A stretch of 24,000 nucleotides of DNA from an uncultured beta proteobacterium (lineage in GTDB: Bacteria > Pseudomonadota > Gammaproteobacteria > Burkholderiales > JAEUMW01). The notes beneath the pieces were generated by a model that was not told the origin of the DNA, did no database searches, and was given only the letters and a program-made list of their open reading frames with translations. Below, piece after piece: positions 1-8,281 of the stretch. Location of the stretch: assembly GCA_963747225.1 (NCBI GenBank), contig CAVVES010000026.1, positions 72,449-96,448 of the forward strand, written 5' to 3'. The position numbers and the translations under genes are program-made. Every line of letters starts with the position of its first letter. The stretch's first letter is position 1.

Positions 1-15
1 CTAGCGAAAGGAGCG

Positions 16-306
16 ATGCACGATGATCTTTCGGGGTTGCTGCGCAGCGTCACGGCGAATGTGTTCACGGGGAGCGGGGGTGCGGAGGCACGGGACGCGG
101 CTAGGTTAGGAACAGCAGGCAGTACAGGCCAGATGCTCGCAGCGGCCGCGGATGGAGAGGCGCCGGACGTGGTAGAGCGATGGAAGGCGGTGAACGCAGG
201 CGCGGTGGACCGCGTCACGCGCCTCATTAGCGAACTGCGTACCGCGGCCTCGGCGGATGTGTCGATGCTGTCGGTAGCGTTACGGGAGTTGCGCAACCTC
301 GCTTAG
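16..306 (+). CDS. hypothetical small protein (96 aa), Ala/Gly-rich N-half and helical C-half
   Basis: ORF with AAAGGAG Shine-Dalgarno (8-14) 1 nt before the ATG at 16. The frame is also open to the window edge, so it could be the 3' end of a longer gene. No family recognised. Confidence 0.4.
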   Translation: MHDDLSGLLRSVTANVFTGSGGAEARDAARLGTAGSTGQMLAAAADGEAPDVVERWKAVNAGAVDRVTRLISELRTAASADVSMLSVALRELRNLA

Positions 307-387
307 AGCGCGAGACTCTGATCCACTGTTTGCCGCGACAAAGCACGGATGCTCGCGGTTTGAAGCATTCGCGATTGTCGTGTTCGA

Positions 388-696
388 ATGGGAGTCATGG
401 AGAATTCACCGGAGGATCTGGGACTCATCGAGGCGCTGATCATCGACCTCGAAAAGACCAAGTTGCCGAGAGCGATGGACATCAAGGAAAAAGTCGATCG
501 GGGCGAGCGCCTGGACGAATTCGACACGGCGTTCCTCGAGGATGCCTTCGCCGCTGAAACGAAGGTCGATGCGATCAGCGAGCGACACGCCGAATACCAG
601 GCGCTGGCCGCGCGCATGTCGCACCTGTACAAGGAAATCACGGAAAAAGCTCTGGCGAACGAAGAGCGGCCCGAACTTATGAAGAAGACCCAGTAG
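388..696 (+). CDS. hypothetical acidic helical protein (102 aa)
   Basis: ORF with protein-like, balanced composition (MENSPEDLGLIEALIIDLEKTKLPRAMDIKEKV...). The start could be the ATG at 397 (GGGAG just upstream). No family recognised. Confidence 0.55.
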   Translation: MGVMENSPEDLGLIEALIIDLEKTKLPRAMDIKEKVDRGERLDEFDTAFLEDAFAAETKVDAISERHAEYQALAARMSHLYKEITEKALANEERPELMKKTQ

Positions 697-785
697 CCTC
701 GCTTGCGCGGCTTTCGAGGTTGCAGGGCCCGGAGGGCATCCGGCGACGAGACGCATGCTCGAGCCAATGCCGCGACGCGCTTCCG

Positions 786-2012
786 CTACTTCCGGTTCCC
801 CGCAATTGCCTCGATGCGCATCCGCAGCGCGTTCAGGCGGATGAAGCCCCCCGCGTCGGCCTGGTTGTATGCGCCCTTGTCATCCTCGAATGTGGCGATG
901 GTCGGGTCGAACAGTGAATCGCTCTTCGAGTCGCGTCCCACCACGCTGACGCCGCCCTTGTAGAGCTTCAGCCGCACCCACCCGTTGACGTGCTGCTGCG
1001 TGTGATCGATGAGCACCTGCAGCGCTTTCCGCTCCGGGCTCCACCAGTAGCCGTTGTAGATCAGGCTCGCGTAGCGGGGCATGAGGTCATCCTTCAGGTG
1101 CGCGACTTCGCGGTCGAGGCAAACGGATTCGATGCCGCGATGGGCTTTGAGCATGATCGTGCCGCCGGGCGTTTCGTAGCAGCCGCGCGACTTCATCCCG
1201 ACGTAGCGGTTTTCCACAAGGTCGAGACGGCCGATGCCGTGCTCGCCGCCGAGGCGATTCAATTCGGTCAGGACGGTGGCCGGTGTCATGCGCGTTCCAT
1301 TCAGCGCAACGATGTCGCCTTTTTCGTATTCGACGTCGAGATACTCCGGGACGTCGGGCGCCTGTTCGGGCGATACCGTCCAGCGCCACATGGATTCCTC
1401 GGCTTCGGCTGCCGGGTCTTCCAGATGACGCCCCTCGAAGCTGATGTGCAGCAGGTTCGCATCCATGGAATACGGCGATCCGCCAGCCTTGTGTTTCATC
1501 TCGATGGGAATGCCGTGCTGCTCGGCATAAGCGAGCAGCTTCTCGCGCGAGAGCAGGTCCCACTCGCGCCACGGAGCGATCACCCTGATGTTGGGCTCGA
1601 GCGCGTAGTAGCCGAGCTCGAAGCGGACCTGATCGTTGCCTTTGCCCGTTGCGCCGTGAGCCACCGCATCGGCGTCGGTCTCGCGTGCGATCTCGATCTG
1701 GCGCTTCGCAATCAGCGGACGCGCGATGGAAGTGCCGAGCAGGTATTCGCCTTCGTAGATCGCGTTTGCCCGGAACATCGGGAACACGAAGTCGCGCACG
1801 AACTCCTCGCGCACGTCGTCGATGAAGATATGCTCCGGCTTGATGCCGAACTGCAGCGCCTTTTTGCGCGCGGGCTCGAGCTCTTCACCCTGGCCGAGAT
1901 CGGCGGTGAAGGTCACCACCTCGCACCGGTAGGTATCCTGCAGCCACTTGAGGATGACCGAGGTGTCGAGTCCGCCGGAATAGGCGAGGACGGCTTTCTT
2001 GATCTGAGACAT
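786..2012 (-). CDS. argG: argininosuccinate synthase (type I, 408 aa)
   Basis: N-terminal ATP-PPase motif AYSGGLDTS and full-length similarity to ArgG. The ORF-track start at 2054 is a TTG; the internal ATG at 2012 ([18 protein letters not shown]) gives the canonical N-terminus. Confidence 0.95.
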   Translation of the reverse strand: MSQIKKAVLAYSGGLDTSVILKWLQDTYRCEVVTFTADLGQGEELEPARKKALQFGIKPEHIFIDDVREEFVRDFVFPMFRANAIYEGEYLLGTSIARPLIAKRQIEIARETDADAVAHGATGKGNDQVRFELGYYALEPNIRVIAPWREWDLLSREKLLAYAEQHGIPIEMKHKAGGSPYSMDANLLHISFEGRHLEDPAAEAEESMWRWTVSPEQAPDVPEYLDVEYEKGDIVALNGTRMTPATVLTELNRLGGEHGIGRLDLVENRYVGMKSRGCYETPGGTIMLKAHRGIESVCLDREVAHLKDDLMPRYASLIYNGYWWSPERKALQVLIDHTQQHVNGWVRLKLYKGGVSVVGRDSKSDSLFDPTIATFEDDKGAYNQADAGGFIRLNALRMRIEAIAGNRK

Positions 2013-2082
2013 GTCTGCTCTTCGGAGTTGAGATAAGGGAACAACGGCCGACAAGGACGCGAGGCGCCGGCGTTACTTCGTG

Positions 2083-2337
2083 TCAGCGCGACCGAGGCGG
2101 GGAGTGCCTTCTCTGTATGTGGACGAGGCGGGAGCCGGCTGCTGCGCTTAACCTGCCCGCCCACGCTTGGTTAGGTTCGCCTGCGCCCAATCCCTCATTT
2201 CGGATCCAACGGCCGAGCACCAGATACTCCAGTAGCACCTTCTGCGTGTGAAATCGATTTTGGCTCCGGCCGCTACGCTTAACGTTCGCGAAGCTCACGT
2301 GAGCCTGCGCCGAAAGCGCCCGCACGTTGTCGTTCAT
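2083..2337 (-). CDS. mini-ORF 2 (84 aa) containing a diverged copy of the OTCase C-terminal peptide (HTQKVLLEYLVLGR)
   Basis: Its ATG (2335-2337) overlaps the TGA of mini-ORF 1 in an ATGA. AGAGG lies 5 nt upstream. Whether it is translated is unknown. Confidence 0.3.
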   Translation of the reverse strand: MNDNVRALSAQAHVSFANVKRSGRSQNRFHTQKVLLEYLVLGRWIRNEGLGAGEPNQAWAGRLSAAAGSRLVHIQRRHSPPRSR

Positions 2338-2560
2338 GGTGCCTCTACCCGACCGAGCACGAGATACTCCAATAGTGCCTTTTGGGTGTGCAGGCAATTT
2401 TGGCTCCGGCCGCTGCGCTTAACTTGGTCGCGCCTGCAGTCGACCAAGTTAGCCTGCATCCAAACCGACTCCACCCGAGCCCTGGTCATGCTTCCACTCG
2501 TCCTAACACCAGAAACTCCAGCAGCGCCTTTTGCGTGTGGAGGCGGTTTTCCGCTTCGTC
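2131..2560 (-). repeat. tandem array of about 131-140 bp units derived from the argF 3' end plus spacer (argF tail, two good copies, one degenerate partial copy)
   Basis: GTTAAGCG(C/T)AGC(G/A)GCCGG motif at 2401-2423, 2261-2283 and 2131-2152 (plus-strand coordinates of its reverse complement). CACAC(G/C)CA(A/G)AAGG..CT..TGGAGT(A/T)TCT.GTG block at about 2495-2545, 2352-2395 and 2212-2255. GCAGGC(T/G).AC recurs in each spacer. Confidence 0.85.
2334..2489 (-). CDS. mini-ORF 1 (51 aa) ending in a near-exact copy of the OTCase C-terminus (HTQKALLEYLVLGRVEAP)
   Basis: Its ATG (2487-2489) overlaps the argF TGA (2486-2488) in an ATGA. Whether it is translated is unknown. Confidence 0.3.
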   Translation of the reverse strand: MTRARVESVWMQANLVDCRRDQVKRSGRSQNCLHTQKALLEYLVLGRVEAP

Positions 2561-3409
2561 CCACACCACGCTCTGTGGACCGTCGATCACTTCTGCAGCG
2601 ACTTCCTCGCCGCGATGCGCTGGCAGACAATGCATGAAGAGCGCATTCGGGCTGGCGAGGTGCATCATCTCGGCATCGACGCGCCAGTGCTCGAAGTCGC
2701 GGCGCCGCTCCTCGTTCTGGGCTTCGAAGCCCATGCTGGTCCACACATCGGTCGTGACGAGGTCCGCCCCTCGGGCGGCATCGTGGGGATCGTCGAATTC
2801 CTCGTAGTGACCGTCGCCATAGAGTCCCGCCCGCTCCGGCTCCACCGCGTAACCGGGAGGCGTGGAGACGTGCACGTTGAAGTCCAGGACTTCGGCTGCC
2901 TGCAGCCATGTGTTGCAGACGTTGTTCGAGTCTCCGATCCACGCGACAGTCCGGCCAGCGATCGGTCCGCGGTGATCGACGAAGGTAAAGATGTCCGCCA
3001 TGATCTGGCACGGATGATATTCGTTCGTGAGTCCGTTGATGACGGGTACGCGGGAGTGGCCCGCGAAGCGCTCGACGATCGCCTGCTCGAAGGTGCGGAT
3101 CATCACGACGTCGACCATGCGCGAGATAACCTGCGCTGCGTCTTCCACGGGCTCGCCGCGGCCAAGTTGCGTGTCACGGGTGTTGAGATAGACTGCCGCG
3201 CCGCCGAGCTGATGCATTCCCGCCTCGAACGACAGCCGGGTGCGCGTGGACTGCTTCTCGAAGATCATCGCCAGCGTGCGATCTTCAAGCGGCCAGTAGC
3301 GCTGGTAGGACTTGAAGCGCTCCCGGATCCAGCGCGTGCGATCGAACAGGTACTCGAACTCTTCGCGCGCGAGATCCTTGAACTGCAGAAAATGGCGGAT
3401 CGGACGCAT
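2486..3409 (-). CDS. argF: ornithine carbamoyltransferase (307 aa)
   Basis: Carbamoyl-phosphate motif STRTR (KQSTRTRLSFE), ornithine-binding HPCQ, and HCLP (FMHCLPAHRGEEV). Full-length OTCase architecture. Confidence 0.95.
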   Translation of the reverse strand: MRPIRHFLQFKDLAREEFEYLFDRTRWIRERFKSYQRYWPLEDRTLAMIFEKQSTRTRLSFEAGMHQLGGAAVYLNTRDTQLGRGEPVEDAAQVISRMVDVVMIRTFEQAIVERFAGHSRVPVINGLTNEYHPCQIMADIFTFVDHRGPIAGRTVAWIGDSNNVCNTWLQAAEVLDFNVHVSTPPGYAVEPERAGLYGDGHYEEFDDPHDAARGADLVTTDVWTSMGFEAQNEERRRDFEHWRVDAEMMHLASPNALFMHCLPAHRGEEVAAEVIDGPQSVVWDEAENRLHTQKALLEFLVLGRVEA

Positions 3410-3428
3410 CCCGGAAGCGCGCTGCCGC

Positions 3429-4625
3429 TCAATGCGCAGCGGCGACGGCGGCTGGCACCGCCAGAAAGTCGGCTACCAGCGGCACGAGAGTTTCGAGCAG
3501 TTGCAGCACTTCGGCCTCGGAGATGACGAGCGGCGGGACCAGGCGGATCACGGTGTCTGCGGTGACATTGATGAGCAAGCCGCGGCCCAGAGCGAGCTTC
3601 ACCAGTTCGCCGCAGGGACGGTCGAGCTCGATGCCGATCATGAGGCCCTGGCCGCGAATGTCTTTCACACCCTCCGTCCCCGCAAGTCTCTCGGCGACAC
3701 CGGTGCGGATCAGCTCTCCCATCCTGTTGGCGTTCGCCAGCAGCCCTTCGGTTTCAATGGTTTCGAGCGTGGCAAGGGACGCAGCGCACACGAGCGGGTT
3801 GCCGCCGAAGGTGGAGCCATGGGTGCCAGGCTTGAAGGTGCCTGCGGCGGGACCGGCAGCGAGACACGCGCCGATCGGCAACCCACCGCCGAGTCCCTTG
3901 GCGAGGGTGATCACGTCGGGACGGATGCCCGTGTGCTGGAAACCGAACCACTTTCCGGTGCGGCCGATGCCAGTCTGCACTTCGTCCAGCATCAACAGCC
4001 ACCCGTTGGCGTCGCAGATCGCACGCAGCCGGGGCAGATAGTCCGCGGCGGGTATGCGCACGCCGCCTTCGCCCTGGATGGGTTCCACCAGCACCGCCAC
4101 CACGTTCTTGTTGTGCGCCGCCACTTGCTCGACGGAGGCAACGTCGCCATAGGGGACACGCGCAAAACCGGTGAGCAGCGGCTCGAAACCCGCCTGCACC
4201 TTGCGCGAGCCGGTGGCCGTCAGCGTCGCCATGGTGCGGCCGTGGAAGCTGTGCTCCATGACGATGACGGTCGGCACCTCGATTTCCTTCCGATGGCCGA
4301 CCATGCGGGCGAGCTTGATCGCCGCCTCGTTTGCTTCGGCGCCCGAATTGCAGAAGAACGCCTCCTCCATGCCAGACAGGGTGCAAAGCTTTGCGGCGAG
4401 CTGTTCCTGGCGCTTGATGCGGTAGATGTTGGAGGTATGGATGAGCGTGGCCGCCTGCTCCGCAACCGCCTTCACGAGGCGCGGGTGCGCGTGGCCGAGC
4501 GCGCACACCGCAACGCCCGCGAGCGCGTCCAGATAGCGCTTGCCGGATTCGTCCCAGAGCCAGACGCCCTGACCGCGCTCGAAGGCGAGCGGCAGACGGG
4601 CGTAGTTGTTCATCAGATTCGCCAT
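3429..4625 (-). CDS. argD: acetylornithine aminotransferase, class III PLP aminotransferase (398 aa)
   Basis: N-terminus MNNYARLPLAFERGQGVWLWD and PLP-lysine region VITLAKGLGGGLPIGA. Sits 19 nt upstream of argF on the same strand. Confidence 0.92.
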   Translation of the reverse strand: MANLMNNYARLPLAFERGQGVWLWDESGKRYLDALAGVAVCALGHAHPRLVKAVAEQAATLIHTSNIYRIKRQEQLAAKLCTLSGMEEAFFCNSGAEANEAAIKLARMVGHRKEIEVPTVIVMEHSFHGRTMATLTATGSRKVQAGFEPLLTGFARVPYGDVASVEQVAAHNKNVVAVLVEPIQGEGGVRIPAADYLPRLRAICDANGWLLMLDEVQTGIGRTGKWFGFQHTGIRPDVITLAKGLGGGLPIGACLAAGPAAGTFKPGTHGSTFGGNPLVCAASLATLETIETEGLLANANRMGELIRTGVAERLAGTEGVKDIRGQGLMIGIELDRPCGELVKLALGRGLLINVTADTVIRLVPPLVISEAEVLQLLETLVPLVADFLAVPAAVAAAH

Positions 4626-4636
4626 GTCATCACCCA

Positions 4637-4673
4637 GAAAACAAAAGGCACACGGGACACAGGCCGCGTGTGC
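4637..4673 (-). terminator. intrinsic-terminator-like hairpin followed by a T-run
   Basis: Minus strand reads GCACACG-12 nt loop-CGTGTGC (4673 down to 4648) followed by CTTTTGTTTTC (4647-4637). It lies between the decarboxylase stop (4746) and the argD start (4625). Confidence 0.5.
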
Positions 4674-4696
4674 TCACGTCACATCGGAGTAGGCGA

Positions 4697-4725
4697 TATG
4701 TACCCCAATCGGTCCGGACTCGCAA
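4697..4725 (-). promoter_or_regulatory. candidate sigma70-type promoter for argD-argF(-argG)
   Basis: Minus strand TTGCGA (4725-4720), 17 nt spacer, TACATA (4702-4697). Moderate matches only (4/6 and 3/6). Confidence 0.25.
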
Positions 4726-4745
4726 GTGTGGCGGGCTTTGGTACC

Positions 4746-6731
4746 TCAGTGGGAGAGGCGGTGCAGCGCCTCTTCCTCGCCCGCCTGTAGGACACGCACG
4801 CAGGGCAGGTAGCCCTCGTACAGGATGCCGTGCATCTCGATCTTCTTGGGCGATCGCAGTAGCCCCACGAGGTAATGGACAATCTCCGTGGTCAGCACCT
4901 GGCCGGGAACGAGCACCGGGATTCCCGGCGGATACGGCGTGATCTGATCCGCGGCGACGCGGCCTTCGAGCTTGAGGTTGGGCTGGTCGTTTTCGAGGAG
5001 CAGCGGGACCGGTTCGCCGGCGCAGTAGAACGCGTCGCGGGGCAGGAAGCGCAGCTCGGTGAAGCGCGGCAAGTACGGGGCGGGATACAGCCGCCGCGGC
5101 GCGCGGGCCTCGCGGGCGATGCGCATGAGCGCATCGTAGAGGCGCGAGACCTTGCTCCGGGTCGTGCCAATGGTCAGCAGCAGCGTGAGCGTGTTGAACG
5201 TGGACTTCTCCACCTGAATGTTGAAGCGCTCCAGGAGCTCTCCCTGCAACTCTTCTACGGTAAGGCCACAGGAGGAGATGTCGAGCGTGACCTTGGTCGG
5301 GTCGAGCAGGATGCCGTCGCCCGCGACTTCTTCCGGCAGCAGGTCTTCCAGCTCCAGCACCCGGAACATCCCTGTGGAATTGATCTGCTGGCGCAGCTCA
5401 CGCGCGAGGCCTAGGGTGCGCGCGAGGAGTTTGTAGCCTTCCATGACCGCCTGCTTCCGTCCCACGTCGAGGCTCGCGATGATCGCGTACTGCGGGCTCG
5501 TGGACGTATGCATGTTGAAATTCTCGCGGAAGATATGCTCGTTGAACGCCGGATCGTTCACGTGAATCATGCTCGCCTGCGAGAAGGCGGAAAGCACCTT
5601 GTGGGTCGACTGGGTTGCGTAGTCGGCGCCCGCCTCGAGCGCGGTCGGGCGAAACTCCGGGTGAAACCGCGCGAACGCGTACCAGGCTTCGTCCACCATG
5701 ACCTTGATCCCGTGCGCGTGTGCCGCCTCGACGATCGGCGCGAGGTCGTAGCGCAGGCCGTCGTAGGTGCAGGAGGTGAGCACGATCGCCTGCGCGTCCG
5801 GATGCTCCTCGAACGCGCGCAGGAGCGTCGCTTTCGGCACTGGCCCGTAGATGCCGTAGCGCCGGTTCACCGAGGAGTCGAGGTAGATCGGATGGGCGCC
5901 GGAGAGGATCACTCCGTGGTGGACCGACTTGTGGCAGTTGCGGTCGAGCAGCAGCTTCTCACCGGGAGCGATCAGGGTCTGCAGCATCACCTTGTTCGCT
6001 GTCGAGGTGCCGTTGGTGGCGAAAAATGTGCGGCGCGCGCCGAATGCCTTGGCCGCCATCTTCTGCGCCTCGAGGATGACGCCCCCCGGCTTCATCAGCG
6101 AATCGAGCATGGGCACCGAGACCGAAAGGTCTGCGTCGAACACGTGCTCCCCCATGAACTCGTAGAAGTCGCGCACCCACGGGCTGTCACGCAGGCTGTC
6201 GCCGCTTGAGTGGCCCGGCGAGTGCCACGCGTCCTTCGCCATGAAGACATAGCTCTTTAGCTGGTCGTAGAACGGCGTGCGTGCCTTTTCCTGAATCTGC
6301 GCATTGATGATGCGGTACCAGCCGCGGTAGTCGCGCTCCTCGCGGTAGAAGTACCCATCCACGGCCTCCGCGAGCAGGGCGTCGACCACTTCGTCCTCCG
6401 CCTCCTTCGCGATCAGGATGTACACGTCGAGCTCGGGCCGCAGCCGCGTGATCTTGCGCACGAGCGAGAGCGCGGTCATCTGCAGCGAGCGGCGCGAATT
6501 CTTGCCCTTGCCGTTCGCGAGACTGTACAGCGTATCGTCCACCAGCACCGCCTGCAGGTCGCCGTCGTCCTCGATCGCGCGCAGCGCCTCGCGCGCCGTG
6601 TCGACGCCGGTGAAGCTCACGCCGAGCGGGTTGTCGAGGCTCTTCGCGGCGGCATTGAGACCCTTGATGAGATCTTTCAGGACGAGCGCCTCGTCGTTGA
6701 TCACGAGGACGCGGCTGACCGGCTTGCGCAT
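4746..6731 (-). CDS. PLP-dependent Orn/Lys/Arg decarboxylase family protein (661 aa), with N-terminal receiver-like wing domain
   Basis: PLP-lysine motif ATQSTHKVLSAFSQASMIHV and wing domain VLVINDEALVLKDL...LVDD. Start placed at the internal ATG at 6731 (MRKPVSRVLVIND); the upstream 38 codons are Arg-rich and overlap the divergent nfeD leader. Substrate is not assignable from sequence. Confidence 0.88.
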   Translation of the reverse strand: MRKPVSRVLVINDEALVLKDLIKGLNAAAKSLDNPLGVSFTGVDTAREALRAIEDDGDLQAVLVDDTLYSLANGKGKNSRRSLQMTALSLVRKITRLRPELDVYILIAKEAEDEVVDALLAEAVDGYFYREERDYRGWYRIINAQIQEKARTPFYDQLKSYVFMAKDAWHSPGHSSGDSLRDSPWVRDFYEFMGEHVFDADLSVSVPMLDSLMKPGGVILEAQKMAAKAFGARRTFFATNGTSTANKVMLQTLIAPGEKLLLDRNCHKSVHHGVILSGAHPIYLDSSVNRRYGIYGPVPKATLLRAFEEHPDAQAIVLTSCTYDGLRYDLAPIVEAAHAHGIKVMVDEAWYAFARFHPEFRPTALEAGADYATQSTHKVLSAFSQASMIHVNDPAFNEHIFRENFNMHTSTSPQYAIIASLDVGRKQAVMEGYKLLARTLGLARELRQQINSTGMFRVLELEDLLPEEVAGDGILLDPTKVTLDISSCGLTVEELQGELLERFNIQVEKSTFNTLTLLLTIGTTRSKVSRLYDALMRIAREARAPRRLYPAPYLPRFTELRFLPRDAFYCAGEPVPLLLENDQPNLKLEGRVAADQITPYPPGIPVLVPGQVLTTEIVHYLVGLLRSPKKIEMHGILYEGYLPCVRVLQAGEEEALHRLSH

Positions 6732-6863
6732 GGAATGAGGCTGCGAAAAAAGGCGCTTTATGCGCCAATTCCGCCGCCGAGGCAACTTTCGCCGGGGACG
6801 GAATTTACGCCGCTGCCCGAGGTCCGACATTCGACCGCCGCGCAAACCCGGTATATTCCCGCT

Positions 6864-8270
6864 ATGGCTCGCTCGCTGCTCGACTTTGCTTTCGCGCTGC
6901 TCACCCTCCCCCTGTTCGCTCCCGCGTGGGCGGCCGATGTGCCGGCACCAGTCGCCGTGCTCGCGATCGAGGGCGCCATCGGGCCCGCAATCGGGGACTT
7001 CATCGAGCGCGGGCTAGCCAAAGCGCAGAAGAGCGGCGCTCAGCTCGTGGTGCTCAAAATGGACACGCCAGGCGGGCTGGATACCTCCATGCGCCAGATC
7101 ATCAAGGACATTCTCGCCTCGCCCGTGCCGGTGGCCGCCTTCGTTGCTCCGAGCGGCGCCCGGGCTGCCAGCGCCGGCACCTACATCCTCTATGCGAGCC
7201 ACGTTGCTGCCATGGCTCCCGGCACGAATCTCGGCGCAGCGACGCCCGTGAACATCGGTGGCGCGCCGGGAACCGAGCCGCAGCAGCCCAAACCCAAGGA
7301 TGCAGGCGACAAGGGCAAGGATGAAAAGGACAAGAACGACAAGGCGAAGGAGGCCGACAAGGAAGCCAAGGTGCCGGCCAACGAGGAGGCCATGCGCTCG
7401 AAGCAGGTCAACGATGCATCGGCCTACATCCGGGGTCTCGCCCAGATGCGCGGGCGCAACGCCGAGTGGGCGGAAAAGGCGGTGCGCGAATCGGTGAGTC
7501 TGTCGGCGACGGAGGCGCTGCAGATGAAGGTGATCGACTTGATCGCTGCCGACGTACCCGACCTGCTCAAGCAGGTGAACGGGCGCAAGGTGTCTGCGGC
7601 CGGAGCCGAACGCACGCTCAACACCGGAAAGGCACCGGTCGAGACCATCGTCGCCGATTGGCGCACGAAGCTGCTTGCGGTCATCACCGATCCGAGCGTC
7701 GCGTACATCCTGCTGCTGATCGGCGTCTACGGCCTCTTCTTCGAGTTCTACAATCCCGGCTTCGTGCTGCCGGGCGTGGTCGGCGCGATCGCGCTCGTCA
7801 CCGCGCTCTTCGCGCTGCAGATGCTTCCTGTCAGCTATGCGGGGCTGGGTCTGCTGATACTCGGCATCGCATTCATGGTCGCCGAGACGTTCATGCCGAG
7901 CTTCGGCGCGCTCGGCATCGGCGGTGTGATCGCGTTCGTGCTGGGCTCCGTGATGCTGATCGACACCGACGTGCCCGGCTACGATATTCCGTGGACGGTG
8001 ATCGGAACCGTGACGGCGGTCAGCGCCTTCTTCGTGCTCGTGGTGGTCGGCATGGCGGTGAAGGCGCGGCGCCGCCCGGTGCTGACGGGTAAGGAAGAGT
8101 TGCTCGGCAGCACCGGCGAAATGGTGGAGGACGCCGAACCCGAGGGATTCGCTCTCGTGCGGGGAGAGACTTGGCGCGTGCGCGGAGCCGGCCGCCTGCA
8201 CAAGGGACAAAAGGTCCGCGTCGTGGGCGTGCGCGGTTTGCTGCTCGACGTTGTCGTTGAGGAAAGCTGA
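6864..8270 (+). CDS. NfeD-family membrane-bound ClpP-class serine protease (468 aa)
   Basis: Signal peptide [23 protein letters not shown]. ClpP-like domain (LKMDTPGGL...[29 protein letters not shown]). Multi-TM block and C-terminal OB-like NfeD domain ([10 protein letters not shown]...[16 protein letters not shown]). Immediately upstream of an SPFH gene, the canonical pairing. Confidence 0.9.
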   Translation: MARSLLDFAFALLTLPLFAPAWAADVPAPVAVLAIEGAIGPAIGDFIERGLAKAQKSGAQLVVLKMDTPGGLDTSMRQIIKDILASPVPVAAFVAPSGARAASAGTYILYASHVAAMAPGTNLGAATPVNIGGAPGTEPQQPKPKDAGDKGKDEKDKNDKAKEADKEAKVPANEEAMRSKQVNDASAYIRGLAQMRGRNAEWAEKAVRESVSLSATEALQMKVIDLIAADVPDLLKQVNGRKVSAAGAERTLNTGKAPVETIVADWRTKLLAVITDPSVAYILLLIGVYGLFFEFYNPGFVLPGVVGAIALVTALFALQMLPVSYAGLGLLILGIAFMVAETFMPSFGALGIGGVIAFVLGSVMLIDTDVPGYDIPWTVIGTVTAVSAFFVLVVVGMAVKARRRPVLTGKEELLGSTGEMVEDAEPEGFALVRGETWRVRGAGRLHKGQKVRVVGVRGLLLDVVVEES

Positions 8271-8281
8271 GGAGTCATACA

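Noticed and set aside
990-4790. Long plus-strand ORFs (990-2036, 2531-3526, 3312-4790) opposite argG, argF and argD
   Set aside because: These are antisense shadows typical of high-GC coding DNA. The products are Arg/Ala/Gly/His-rich with no motifs, while the minus-strand frames carry unmistakable ArgG/ArgF/ArgD signatures.
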